Positions 9,543 to 18,406 of a DNA stretch of 43,018 bases are shown in pieces. A program made the translations under genes and the position numbers. Positions within the stretch are counted from its first letter, which is position 1. Each line of letters opens with the position of its first letter. The DNA is taken from positions 786 through 43,803 of the forward strand of contig CAZXZK010000009.1 in assembly GCA_964645295.1 (NCBI GenBank). The letters are read 5' to 3'. Origin of the DNA: an uncultured Cytophagales bacterium. GTDB taxonomy: Bacteria; Bacteroidota; Bacteroidia; Cytophagales; Spirosomataceae. A model generated the notes under the pieces. That model was not told the DNA's origin, made no database searches, and saw nothing but the letters and a program-made list of their open reading frames with translations.

Positions 9543-10154
9543 TTAATCTTTTTTACCACTAATTTCACCTATTTTTTGGTAAAGTTCCAAACATTGTTTG
9601 ATTAAAAAATTATTTTTTGAATTGTCAATTAAAAAATCAACCTCCTTTAAATAGGTTTCTTCCGGTTCTTGTTTTTTTATCCATTCTTCTACGGTTTTAT
9701 CGTCCCACTGATTTCGTTTTTTTAAATAAGCGATTCTATCGGGCAGGGGTGTTTGAACCGCAATTAAGCCATGGATAAAATCGGGCTTATTTTTGGCGTG
9801 TATAAGGGCAGACTCATAAAGGGTAAAAGGGCTATTCTGATTTTTCTGAAAAAATTCAAGAGCTTTTTTGCGAACTGCCGGGTGAACAATGGCATTTATT
9901 TTTTCGAGGATTGCCGGATTATTTTGAATTTTTTCGCGCACAACCCCTGGGAGATAGACTCCCTGTTTGGAATAAATATCCTCTCCAAGTAGGAGGATTA
10001 AGTCTTTTTTTACCGAAGGGTCTTCTTGGATGATTTTTTTTGCCTGGCTGTCTGAATCAAATACTGGAACTCCTAATACAGAGAAAATCCGACAAACCAC
10101 TGATTTGCCGGATCCAATTCCCCCTATGATACCATAAGCTTTTGGCTTAATCAT
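9543..10154 (-). CDS. coaE: dephospho-CoA kinase
   Basis: P-loop GIIGGIGSGKS followed by VFDSD. Its start shares 1 nt with the yajC stop (TAATG). Confidence 0.88.
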   Translation of the reverse strand: MIKPKAYGIIGGIGSGKSVVCRIFSVLGVPVFDSDSQAKKIIQEDPSVKKDLILLLGEDIYSKQGVYLPGVVREKIQNNPAILEKINAIVHPAVRKKALEFFQKNQNSPFTLYESALIHAKNKPDFIHGLIAVQTPLPDRIAYLKKRNQWDDKTVEEWIKKQEPEETYLKEVDFLIDNSKNNFLIKQCLELYQKIGEISGKKD

Positions 10155-10456
10155 TATTCTTCAATTTTTGCGGAAGAATCTTTAGAAATGGCTGATTTTT
10201 CAAATACCATTCTAACACCCTTAGAGGAATCCACCTCTACTAAAAGAGTTTTTTCTCTTACTGTCACTACCGTGCCATGAACACCGCCAATGGTAACAAC
10301 TTTGTCTCCTGATTTAAGATCTTCAATAAATTTTTTCGCTTCTTTCGCCTTTTTTTGTTGCGGACGAATCATGAAAAAATAAAATACCACAAAAATACCT
10401 CCTAAAAGGATCATTTGGGTGATTTGTGGACTCATTTGTAATAGTACTGCAGCCAT
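10154..10456 (-). CDS. yajC: preprotein translocase subunit YajC
   Basis: 100 aa with a single N-terminal TM, then FFMIRPQQKK and GDKVVTIGGVHG, the YajC signature. Confidence 0.85.
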   Translation of the reverse strand: MAAVLLQMSPQITQMILLGGIFVVFYFFMIRPQQKKAKEAKKFIEDLKSGDKVVTIGGVHGTVVTVREKTLLVEVDSSKGVRMVFEKSAISKDSSAKIEE

Positions 10457-10483
10457 ATTAGATGTTTATTTAAATTGAATATT

Positions 10484-10933
10484 TTATTGGTTCCTTTCCA
10501 TGACGTTGACCCTAAAACTAATCTGATTATCTATGGGAAGGGTATTTGCATAAATAGTTACTGTTTTAGAATTTAGGCCAGTTCTTCCCTGGCTATCAAA
10601 TTTTATTTTCACAAAGCCCTTTTCTCCTGGTTGAACGAGTTCTTTAGACCATTCTGGGGTTGTACAACCGCAAGAAGCATTTACATTGATAATTTTCAAA
10701 GGTAGATTCCCTGTATTGGTAAAATGATAGGTGTACCGAAGGGTATCTCCCTCATAAATATTGCCAAAATACACTTTGGATAATTTAAATGATAATTTTG
10801 GTTGTTTTTCAGCTGTTGGTCTTAATTCTACCGGTAGGGCTTTTTCTGTACTGCTTAATTGATTTTTCTGGTTATTTTCACAAGAAATAAAAAAGAATGA
10901 AACCGTCGATAAAGCAATAATAAGATATTTCAT
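10484..10933 (-). CDS. DUF1573 domain lipoprotein
   Basis: Lipobox (FFISC) and the characteristic DUF1573 core FTNTG..PL.I..V.ASCGCTTPEW. Confidence 0.75.
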   Translation of the reverse strand: MKYLIIALSTVSFFFISCENNQKNQLSSTEKALPVELRPTAEKQPKLSFKLSKVYFGNIYEGDTLRYTYHFTNTGNLPLKIINVNASCGCTTPEWSKELVQPGEKGFVKIKFDSQGRTGLNSKTVTIYANTLPIDNQISFRVNVMERNQ

Positions 10934-11232
10934 TAGCCTTTGGATTTAATTTGAGCCATCATAGCTTCTACATCTTCCAATAATTTTTCCGCCTTTTTAG
11001 TCGTTTCATCAACTACTTTTTTCCCTTGATTTTTTGCTAGGCTATCTGGAATTTCTTTTCCTTCAACTAAATCATCAATTAAATCTGACAATTGTCCACG
11101 ATACTTATTCAATCGATAATACAATTTACTTCTGGTATTTTGACCAGTATCTGGGGCAAATAAGATTCCCGCAACTGCACCTGCTGTTGCTCCGATCAAA
11201 AATGCCAATGCTGTTTTGGATGATCTATTCAT
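10933..11232 (-). CDS. YtxH domain-containing protein
   Basis: 99 aa. N-terminal Gly/Ala-rich helix LIGATAGAVAGILFAPDTG, then a charged helical tail. It is TAATG-coupled to the downstream DUF1573 gene. Confidence 0.7.
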   Translation of the reverse strand: MNRSSKTALAFLIGATAGAVAGILFAPDTGQNTRSKLYYRLNKYRGQLSDLIDDLVEGKEIPDSLAKNQGKKVVDETTKKAEKLLEDVEAMMAQIKSKG

Positions 11233-11288
11233 TTTTATTATTCTTATTTCTATTTTTCAATAAGCCAACATGGGCTTTTCATTCAAGA

Positions 11289-12437
11289 CTAAACCATCCC
11301 TCTGGCGGATTTTCTGATTTTTCTTTCTGTAATCCATTTATTAGAGACGGTGTCTAATATTCCATTCACAAAATTACTGGATTTTGGGGTGGAATATTTT
11401 TTTGTCATTTCAATATACTCATTCATGCTTACTTTAATGGGAATACTTGGGAAATTCACCATTTCTGTCAGTGCCATTTCCATCACCAAAGAATCAATTA
11501 AGGCCAATCGTTCTAAATCCCAATTTTTCAAATGGTGGGAAATTTCCTCTTGATTAGCTTCTTTTTCTTCAATGGATTTCTCAAATAATTCAAGATAAAA
11601 TTCTTTATCTTCTTCCCATTGTAATCCAATTTTTTGGATTTTAAGCTCTTCTAAATCTGAAATTTTAAAGGTCTTGATTCCAAGATTTTTGATAATTTCA
11701 CGATTTATGTTCCAATTTAAGTCTTTTTCTTCAAAATAAGTAGTCATTTTTTCAGAACTAAGGATATATTTTCTGAAAATATGGTCTAAAATTTGAGCAT
11801 CTTTCCCTAAATCCTCTCCGGCAATAGGCAAATAATTAATGATTGCCTCATCTTTAACGATTTCTTTGATGAAGATATTTCGTAACATGATTTCCTCTTC
11901 TTCACTCATACCAATTTGGTAGGTTTCAAAAAAGTGATTTAATTCATCCCATGAATTCATTTTTTTTAAAACCTGATTTTCTTTGAATTTGGAAGTTTTA
12001 ACATGGCTTTCCAATAATCGTCTATTCTCATCCCAGATACCTAAATTGGTAATTTTTTCTAATAAAAACAGGGATTTTAAATAGATTTTATAGATGTTTT
12101 CAATATCTCTTAAAAGATCCTTTTTTCCTTCTTGAATAATCTCCTTCCTTCCCTTTTCAAAGAATTTTTTGGCTTCTAAATAAGCGGTATTCACCAGTTT
12201 ATCTGCGTTGGAAGAGGGATTTTGTTTTAAAAAATAATCTTCTAATAATTGATTGGCCTGTTTTTTTCCAGGAGCAAGTTTGGTGGTTTGACTCTCCTTG
12301 GGCTCCATTAAGCTAAGGTCTGGAAGAAAATAAGAATTTAGTTGATCGAAACTAATTTTTACAAGTGCTTGTTCTTTTATTTGAAAAGCATAAAGCTGTT
12401 GGAAAGCTTTTATTCGAAGGATTCTTCTATTAATCAT
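11289..12437 (-). CDS. nusB: transcription antitermination factor NusB (long form)
   Basis: N-terminal RRILRIKAFQQLYAF and the C-terminal NusB core W..ERLALIDSLVMEMALTEM...NEYIEMTKKYSTPKSSNFVNGILD, separated by a long K/E-rich insertion. Confidence 0.8.
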   Translation of the reverse strand: MINRRILRIKAFQQLYAFQIKEQALVKISFDQLNSYFLPDLSLMEPKESQTTKLAPGKKQANQLLEDYFLKQNPSSNADKLVNTAYLEAKKFFEKGRKEIIQEGKKDLLRDIENIYKIYLKSLFLLEKITNLGIWDENRRLLESHVKTSKFKENQVLKKMNSWDELNHFFETYQIGMSEEEEIMLRNIFIKEIVKDEAIINYLPIAGEDLGKDAQILDHIFRKYILSSEKMTTYFEEKDLNWNINREIIKNLGIKTFKISDLEELKIQKIGLQWEEDKEFYLELFEKSIEEKEANQEEISHHLKNWDLERLALIDSLVMEMALTEMVNFPSIPIKVSMNEYIEMTKKYSTPKSSNFVNGILDTVSNKWITERKIRKSARGMV

Positions 12438-12491
12438 TAGAAATTAAAGACCGTTATTCTTACAAAATTAATAGATTATTTATAAATACCC

Positions 12492-12499
12492 TATATTTG
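12492..12499 (+). promoter_or_regulatory. candidate Bacteroidota -7 box (TATATTTG)
   Basis: Exact TAnnTTTG match 18 nt upstream of the ATG at 12518. No clear -33 TTG was seen. Motif match only. Confidence 0.25.
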
Positions 12500-12517
12500 T
12501 AAGATATAATTCAATAA

Positions 12518-14305
12518 ATGAAAGCCTTAGGACATTTAAATAAATATTTTTGGAAGTACAAAGGATTACTCTTTTTGGGTATTATTTTTTCATTTGCTGG
12601 AAATTTCTTTGGGGTATTCCCAGCACAGATTGTCCGCTATGCCTTAGATTTAGTTACCGATACCATTTCCGTTTATTTTCTATTTAAAGAAACGCAATTT
12701 CAAACGGGCTTTTATGATATCTTCGCTAGTATTCTCTTTTTTTATGGATCCTTGATTGTTATCATGGCCTTAATTAAAGGCGTATTTTTATTTCTCGTCA
12801 GACAGACTCTCATCGTGATGTCCAGGCATATTGAATTTGATTTAAAAAATGAGATTTATGCTCATTATCAAACTCTTCCAATTGCTTTTTTTAGGCAAAA
12901 TAAGACGGGTGATTTAATGGCAAGAATTTCTGAAGATGTTTCGAAAGTACGGATGTATGTGGGGCCATCTTTGATGTATGGCTTGAATTTGATTTCCATT
13001 TTTATCCTGGTTATTTCAACCATGTATACCGTTAATGCGAAATTGATGTGGTATGTTTTATTGCCCCTACCGATTCTTTCAATCAGTATTTATTATGTGA
13101 ATTCCATTATAATGGTAAAGTCGGAAAAAATTCAAAAAGGAGTTTCGGCTATTTCAACCTTTGTACAAGAAAATTTCTCTGGGATTCGTGTCATTAAATC
13201 TTTCGTCCGTGAGGATAATTCAAAAGAAGAATTTGAAAAAGAATCGGAAAATTATCGTTTATTATCCAATTCTATGGTGAAAGTAGATTCTTTATTTACT
13301 CCATTAATAGGTTTAATCATAGGTTTAAGTACCATTATTGTGGTTTATATTGGTTCCAATGAAGTCTTGTCTGGTCGGATTTCCATCGGAAATATTACCG
13401 AATTTTTATTATATGTTTTCATGCTTACCTGGCCTGTGACCGCCCTGGGCTGGACGACCTCCCAAATACAACGGGCTGCCGCGTCCCAAAAAAGAATTAA
13501 TGAATTTTTAGATTATCAAAATGATATTCAGTCTTTCAATAATTATCAAAAAGAAATAAAAGGGGAATGGCGTTTTGAAAATGTCAATTTTCATTATCCA
13601 GATTCTGATAATTTGGTTTTAAAGAATCTCAATTTTGAAATTCAGGCAGGGGAGTCTATTGGTTTATTAGGTACTACTGGTTCTGGTAAATCTACCTTGG
13701 CCATGTTGATGGGGCGTTTTTTTGATCCAACGGAAGGGGCTATTTATTTGGATGGAGTCAATTTGAAGGATTGGGATATCGATTTTGTTCGAAATCACTT
13801 AGGATATGTTCCTCAAGAGGTATTTTTATTTTCATCTACCATTGAAGAAAATATCAAATTCGGGGATTTATCCATGACCGATGAAAAAATGATTGATGCT
13901 GCAAAAATGGCTGATATACATGCCAATATTGAAGAATTTCCAATGAAATATCAGGTGAAATTAGGGGAAAGGGGAGTGACACTTTCGGGTGGACAAAAAC
14001 AACGTGTTTCTATTGCGAGAGCTTTGGCTAAGGATCCATCCATTTTAATTTTTGATGATTGTCTTTCGGCCGTAGATACCCATACCGAACATAAGATCCT
14101 TCAAAATTTAAAAAGGGCGATGCAAGGAAAAACAACTTTATTGATTTCGCATCGGGTTTCAACGATTAAATTAGCCAAAGAAATATTCGTTCTACACGAG
14201 GGTGAAATCATTGACAAGGGAACTCATCGAGTATTAATGAATAAAAGAGGAAAATATTGGGAGATGTTCCAGCAGCAATTAGAGGAAGAGGAAATCTTAA
14301 ATTAA
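12518..14305 (+). CDS. ABC transporter, fused permease/ATPase (MsbA/lipid-multidrug exporter type)
   Basis: Six-TM N-terminal domain. The NBD has Walker A GTTGSGKST, Q-loop, signature LSGGQKQR, Walker B ILIFDD and the H-loop SHR. Confidence 0.9.
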   Translation: MKALGHLNKYFWKYKGLLFLGIIFSFAGNFFGVFPAQIVRYALDLVTDTISVYFLFKETQFQTGFYDIFASILFFYGSLIVIMALIKGVFLFLVRQTLIVMSRHIEFDLKNEIYAHYQTLPIAFFRQNKTGDLMARISEDVSKVRMYVGPSLMYGLNLISIFILVISTMYTVNAKLMWYVLLPLPILSISIYYVNSIIMVKSEKIQKGVSAISTFVQENFSGIRVIKSFVREDNSKEEFEKESENYRLLSNSMVKVDSLFTPLIGLIIGLSTIIVVYIGSNEVLSGRISIGNITEFLLYVFMLTWPVTALGWTTSQIQRAAASQKRINEFLDYQNDIQSFNNYQKEIKGEWRFENVNFHYPDSDNLVLKNLNFEIQAGESIGLLGTTGSGKSTLAMLMGRFFDPTEGAIYLDGVNLKDWDIDFVRNHLGYVPQEVFLFSSTIEENIKFGDLSMTDEKMIDAAKMADIHANIEEFPMKYQVKLGERGVTLSGGQKQRVSIARALAKDPSILIFDDCLSAVDTHTEHKILQNLKRAMQGKTTLLISHRVSTIKLAKEIFVLHEGEIIDKGTHRVLMNKRGKYWEMFQQQLEEEEILN

Positions 14306-15577
14306 TTCTCCTGATAATCTAATCAATTCAATTTCTGCAGTCTTTGCCATAAATTTTGCCTCAATTAACCGAGTTTCAGCACTTACTGAATTTCGTTGAA
14401 CTCGGTATCTTTCAAAAGCAATTTCAACATTTTGTTGGGCAATAGTATAGTTTTCTTCTTCCAATTCAATCAATTTAATGGCATTCAAATAGGATAAATA
14501 CGTTCGTTCTATACTAGAAATTAATTCATTTCGTAGGTCATTTAAAGTTAATTCTGAATTCATCGCATTTAAACGGGCATTCTTTAGTTGACGTTTAAGA
14601 TTAGATCCATCATAAATTGGAATCGTTAGTCGTAAGCCATAATTTAAGACATAGCTTGTTCCTTTTTCAATTCCAAAACCTGCTCCATTTCGAACGGAGG
14701 TTCCCGTGTATCCACTCAATAAATCTATGCGTGGTAAATAAGAACTTTTTAAGGCCCCAATTTGATTTTCATTAATTTTTAAATTAATTATTGCTGATAT
14801 TATTGTTGGATTTAATTTCATTGCATGGTCTTTGAGGGAATTTAATTCCAAGGTATTCATCAAGGCAATCGTTGGGTTAATCTCAAAATCAATTTGATGA
14901 TCCCGAACCAATAATGTATTAAATTCTATTTTTTTATTTTCTAAAGCTTGTTCTTGGGCTAATAAAGCGGCATAATCTTCATTATAATCTACTTGCGAGG
15001 ATAGATAATCTACTTTGGAGGCCTGTCCCACCTCATATCGATCTTTTGCTAATTTTAGTCGATCCAAAGAAATTTCCAAGCCTTTTTGAAAATTCAAAAG
15101 TCTTAATTTTTCTCTTACTACTTCGTAATAGACTCTAGAAATGGAGGAAATAAGATTTTCAACGGCGGTTTCAGTAGCATTAACTCCCAAATCTTCTAAT
15201 AATTTGAATCTATTTTTCAAATAATAAAATCCTTTTCCTGCAAAAAAAGTATAATTCAGATTCAGACCAGTGTTGATGTTTCGATTGTTGACTCCCGATT
15301 GAACTAATGGAGGCCTCAAACCCCCAAAAAAGCTTTGGTTTAGATTAGAGATGGTATTGTTTTGGTTGGTTGTGCTGGTAATGATTGGAAGTAAACCAAT
15401 ATTGCCTGGGCTATTATTGTTTTTGGCTATTTCCTCTTGATTTTTTAGAATCTTAATTTGATAGTGGTTTTCTATTCCGATTTGAATGGCATCTTCCAGA
15501 TTTAAGGGTTTTTGTGAATAAGGAAAAAAACTAATCAAGCAAAGCCCTAAAACAAAGAATATTTTTTTTAACTTCAT
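14297..15577 (-). CDS. TolC family outer-membrane efflux protein
   Basis: Signal peptide MKLKKIFFVLGLCLISF. Two OEP-type repeats with coiled-coil heptads and the C-terminal AK.AE.EL.RL.GEL. I place the start at the ATG at 15577 because the 18 extra codons in the ORF track precede the signal peptide. Confidence 0.85.
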   Translation of the reverse strand: MKLKKIFFVLGLCLISFFPYSQKPLNLEDAIQIGIENHYQIKILKNQEEIAKNNNSPGNIGLLPIITSTTNQNNTISNLNQSFFGGLRPPLVQSGVNNRNINTGLNLNYTFFAGKGFYYLKNRFKLLEDLGVNATETAVENLISSISRVYYEVVREKLRLLNFQKGLEISLDRLKLAKDRYEVGQASKVDYLSSQVDYNEDYAALLAQEQALENKKIEFNTLLVRDHQIDFEINPTIALMNTLELNSLKDHAMKLNPTIISAIINLKINENQIGALKSSYLPRIDLLSGYTGTSVRNGAGFGIEKGTSYVLNYGLRLTIPIYDGSNLKRQLKNARLNAMNSELTLNDLRNELISSIERTYLSYLNAIKLIELEEENYTIAQQNVEIAFERYRVQRNSVSAETRLIEAKFMAKTAEIELIRLSGELI

Positions 15578-15683
15578 AATTAATACATCGAGAGGATTGT
15601 GTAAATTTAATTGATAAATTTTATATATCATTCAAATAAGAGCCATATATTTTTATCCCATCAAATCTCTTTCGGGAATATCC

Positions 15684-16415
15684 TTGGAGGAGGTAAAGAT
15701 TATTTCCTCGGGTTTAGAAAATGACCGAGCATGTATGTTGATGGATGAAACAGGTAGTGCTATGACTCAAAGGCAATTTCCCGAACTGACTCGTTTTAAA
15801 GTGAAGCTTCATGGCCAATTTTGGGAAGTCTTGGATGCCATCTCACAAGAAAAGATTTATATCCATCCTCAAGAAAAAGGAGGTAACTTTTCTGGAGAGA
15901 TTTGGGGTGATTCATTGGATTTTGAAGAATTAAATCCATCTTATTCGGCCTGGTTTAGTATAATTTTAAAAAGGAAGGTGAAATTAGTGAGGATTCATCC
16001 TGAAAATACCCGATTTATATCGGCTAATTATCAAGGAGGTTTTTCCAAATCCATTCAATTGGTAGATGGAATGCCTGTTTCTATTGTTTCTAGGTCTTCT
16101 TTAGAGAATTTTGAAAAAATCTATGGTCCGTATAATTGGTTACGGTTTAGACCTAATATCATTGTGGAAGCAGACTATCCACACCAAGAAGATGAATGGA
16201 AGAAAATAAAAATTGGAGAAATTGAATTTGAGTCGAAAAAATTATGCAAGAGGTGTGTTCTTACTACTATTGATCCGGAAACAGGGGAGAGAGATTCAGA
16301 ATTTTTAACTAAATTAGCTCAATATCGTAAGATAGATCAAGCAATCTATTTTGCCAATCAATTTATCCCTTTAAACGAAGGCTTCATAAAAAAAGGTGAT
16401 TTAGTCCATGTTTAA
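15684..16415 (+). CDS. MOSC domain-containing protein (YcbX-like, no ferredoxin domain); true start probably upstream of 15684
   Basis: MOSC beta-barrel and MOSC core with the conserved Cys region KLCKRCVLTTIDPETGE. The in-frame sequence upstream of the called TTG encodes the family motif YPIKSLSG (see findings). Confidence 0.8.
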   Translation: MEEVKIISSGLENDRACMLMDETGSAMTQRQFPELTRFKVKLHGQFWEVLDAISQEKIYIHPQEKGGNFSGEIWGDSLDFEELNPSYSAWFSIILKRKVKLVRIHPENTRFISANYQGGFSKSIQLVDGMPVSIVSRSSLENFEKIYGPYNWLRFRPNIIVEADYPHQEDEWKKIKIGEIEFESKKLCKRCVLTTIDPETGERDSEFLTKLAQYRKIDQAIYFANQFIPLNEGFIKKGDLVHV

Positions 16416-17181
16416 ATCCATCAAGCACTTTATTCATTTTACCAGTTTGGATGTCGTATTGGGTGCCTTAAGTTTTCAGGTCTATTATTATTATTTTTTT
16501 TATCAAGTATTTCCCCCAATAGCCTATATTTCAGGACTTTTTTCTGGTATTTGGTTGGTTTATTTATTGGATCGAAAATGGGATGTTATCTTAAAGCAAC
16601 AGGCGGATGAAAGGCACGAATTCCAATTGAAACATGCTCCATTCATTAATCTATTATTGGGGATGAATTGTGGAATAGGATTGATATCAGCCTATTTTTT
16701 GCCCCAAGAAATTCTTCAAATGGGTGCTATTTTAATACTTGTTATTTTCTTTTATTGGGGATTTTTGCCTTTATTTAATGCCAGGAAGGTATATTATTTA
16801 AAGGAATTATTTACAGCCCTGATTTATTCTTTTGGGGTATTATTGGTAAGTTGGATCAATCAACCGAATTTACATTTAATCTACCTTTTTGGCTTATTTT
16901 CTTTACTTGTTTGGCATCATCTTTGTTTGTATGAGGTTTTGGAAAAACCAGAGCGAAGCTATTATTTCTCCTTATTAAAATTCATTGAACTTGCTTGGTT
17001 TATTTTTTTTGGGATTTTTATTTTTAGGGAAGATGTTAAGATTTGGGAACTGATTCCCCTCTTAATTACCCTACTTATTCAAGTAATAATTCATTATTTT
17101 TTTCATAATTTTAAGTCACGTTTTTTTGCTGAATTGGCTTATTTAAGTCCCTTAATCTATTTTATCCATGAAATTTTTTAA
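16408..17181 (+). CDS. polytopic integral membrane protein (8-9 TM), possibly a UbiA-like fold
   Basis: Highly hydrophobic 257 aa. One DxxxD-type loop motif (YLLDRKWD) follows TM2, and the second Asp-rich motif is not evident. It overlaps the MOSC stop by 8 nt and the MFS start by 14 nt. Confidence 0.55.
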   Translation: MFKSIKHFIHFTSLDVVLGALSFQVYYYYFFYQVFPPIAYISGLFSGIWLVYLLDRKWDVILKQQADERHEFQLKHAPFINLLLGMNCGIGLISAYFLPQEILQMGAILILVIFFYWGFLPLFNARKVYYLKELFTALIYSFGVLLVSWINQPNLHLIYLFGLFSLLVWHHLCLYEVLEKPERSYYFSLLKFIELAWFIFFGIFIFREDVKIWELIPLLITLLIQVIIHYFFHNFKSRFFAELAYLSPLIYFIHEIF

Positions 17182-18406
17182 ACCGCTTCAAAATAGTGAA
17201 TTAAGGGCTTATATAGTCGCAAATACGCTCTTTACGATTGCCTTATTAATTCAGGAAGTTGTATTGGCCTATCAGGTTTATCAACTAACCAAAAATCCTT
17301 TAACCTTGGGTTTAATAGGATTGGCAGAAGCTTTACCGTATATATCGATTGCTTTATTGGGGGGACATTTCGCAGACAATAAGGATAAGAAAAAAATCAT
17401 GGCATGGAGTTTATTGGGTGTAATTTTGGGGTCTGTTATTTTGGTTTATGCCAGTAGCCATTTAAATGAATATACGGTGGATCATTATGTCTATATCATT
17501 TATTCGGTAATTTTTTTAATTGGCCTTTGTAAGGGATTTTTTTCTCCTGCCTCCAATGCTTTAAATCAGATGATTGTCCCCAAAGAAGATTATACCCAGG
17601 CTGTTGCATGGATTTCTTCCATGTGGCAATTAGGAATGGTTTTGGGTCCTGCCTCGGCCGGTTTTTTTTATATATGGTTTGGAGTAAGTGGTAGTTTGTG
17701 GTTGGTCATCGTCTTGTTTTTGATTGTTTTTTCCATGTTATTTTTTATCAAAAATAGGCCACCATCTATCGCCAAAGAAAAGAAAGAGAAGCTTTTGGTA
17801 TCTCTTAAACAAGGGATTAAATTTGTTTTTCAGACCAAAGCCATTTTATACAGTATAAGTTTGGATTTATTCTCTGTTTTATTTGGGGGAGTGATAGCCA
17901 TTTTACCTGTGTTTGCAGAAGATATTTTGCATGTTGGGGCAGAAGGTTTAGGATTTTTGCGTGCAGCTCCTTCTCTAGGAGCAACCTTAACCATGTTTAT
18001 CATGGTATTATATCCACCGATTCATCAGGCTTGGAAAAAGTTTTTATGGGCCGTTTTTGGCTTTGGTTTATGCACCCTGGTTTTCGGATTATCCACGAAT
18101 TATTATTTATCTCTGATAGCCCTTTTTCTTACCGGAGCATTTGATTCCATATCGGTGGTCATCAGACAAACCGCACTTCGTTTTTTTACTCCAGATGATA
18201 TGAGGGGAAGGGTGTCTTCTGTCAATGGGATATTTGTCAGTTCCTCCAATGAATTAGGCGCTTTTGAATCGGGCCTTGCGGCTAAATTAGTCGGAGCCGT
18301 TCCGGCAGTAGTTGGCGGAGGTATTATCACGATGCTTATCGTTAGTATCGTTGCCTTTCGTTCAAAGGAATTGTTTTCTGTAAAGTTTGATGGGACTACT
18401 GATTAA
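17168..18406 (+). CDS. MFS transporter (EntS / MFS_3-like exporter family)
   Basis: 12-TM pattern. The N-terminus LRAYIVANTLF...LAYQVYQLTKNPLTLGLIGLAEALPYISIALLGGHFADNKDKKKIM resembles the EntS/transmembrane-secretion-effector family. Confidence 0.85.
   Translation: MKFFKPLQNSELRAYIVANTLFTIALLIQEVVLAYQVYQLTKNPLTLGLIGLAEALPYISIALLGGHFADNKDKKKIMAWSLLGVILGSVILVYASSHLNEYTVDHYVYIIYSVIFLIGLCKGFFSPASNALNQMIVPKEDYTQAVAWISSMWQLGMVLGPASAGFFYIWFGVSGSLWLVIVLFLIVFSMLFFIKNRPPSIAKEKKEKLLVSLKQGIKFVFQTKAILYSISLDLFSVLFGGVIAILPVFAEDILHVGAEGLGFLRAAPSLGATLTMFIMVLYPPIHQAWKKFLWAVFGFGLCTLVFGLSTNYYLSLIALFLTGAFDSISVVIRQTALRFFTPDDMRGRVSSVNGIFVSSSNELGAFESGLAAKLVGAVPAVVGGGIITMLIVSIVAFRSKELFSVKFDGTTD

Noticed and set aside
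11250-11275. Small hairpin AAGCC-n6-GGCTT between nusB and the ytxH-like gene
   Set aside because: The stem is only 5 bp and there is no following T-run on the transcribed (minus) strand. It is too weak to call a terminator or attenuator.
14297-15577. TolC looks orphaned (no adjacent HlyD/MFP or RND gene), and its C-terminal helix region seemed slightly short next to my memory of Bacteroidota TolC proteins
   Set aside because: Orphan tolC genes are common, and the convergent ABC exporter is not evidence of a shared system. The apparent ~10-aa shortening is within normal family variation, and I cannot verify it without an alignment.
15578-15631. 18-codon N-terminal extension of the TolC ORF (MIYKIYQLNLHNPLDVLI...)
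   Set aside because: The internal Met at 15577 is followed immediately by a canonical signal peptide (MKLKKIFFVLGLCLISF). The extension would bury the signal and would overlap the probable MOSC N-terminus on the other strand.
18083-18091. DnaA-box-like TTATCCACG; I also asked whether dnaN marks a replication origin nearby
   Set aside because: It is a single imperfect box inside the MFS coding sequence. The 75-bp region upstream of dnaN (36888-36962) has no DnaA-box cluster or AT-rich unwinding repeats, and dnaA is not adjacent. No evidence for oriC in this window.
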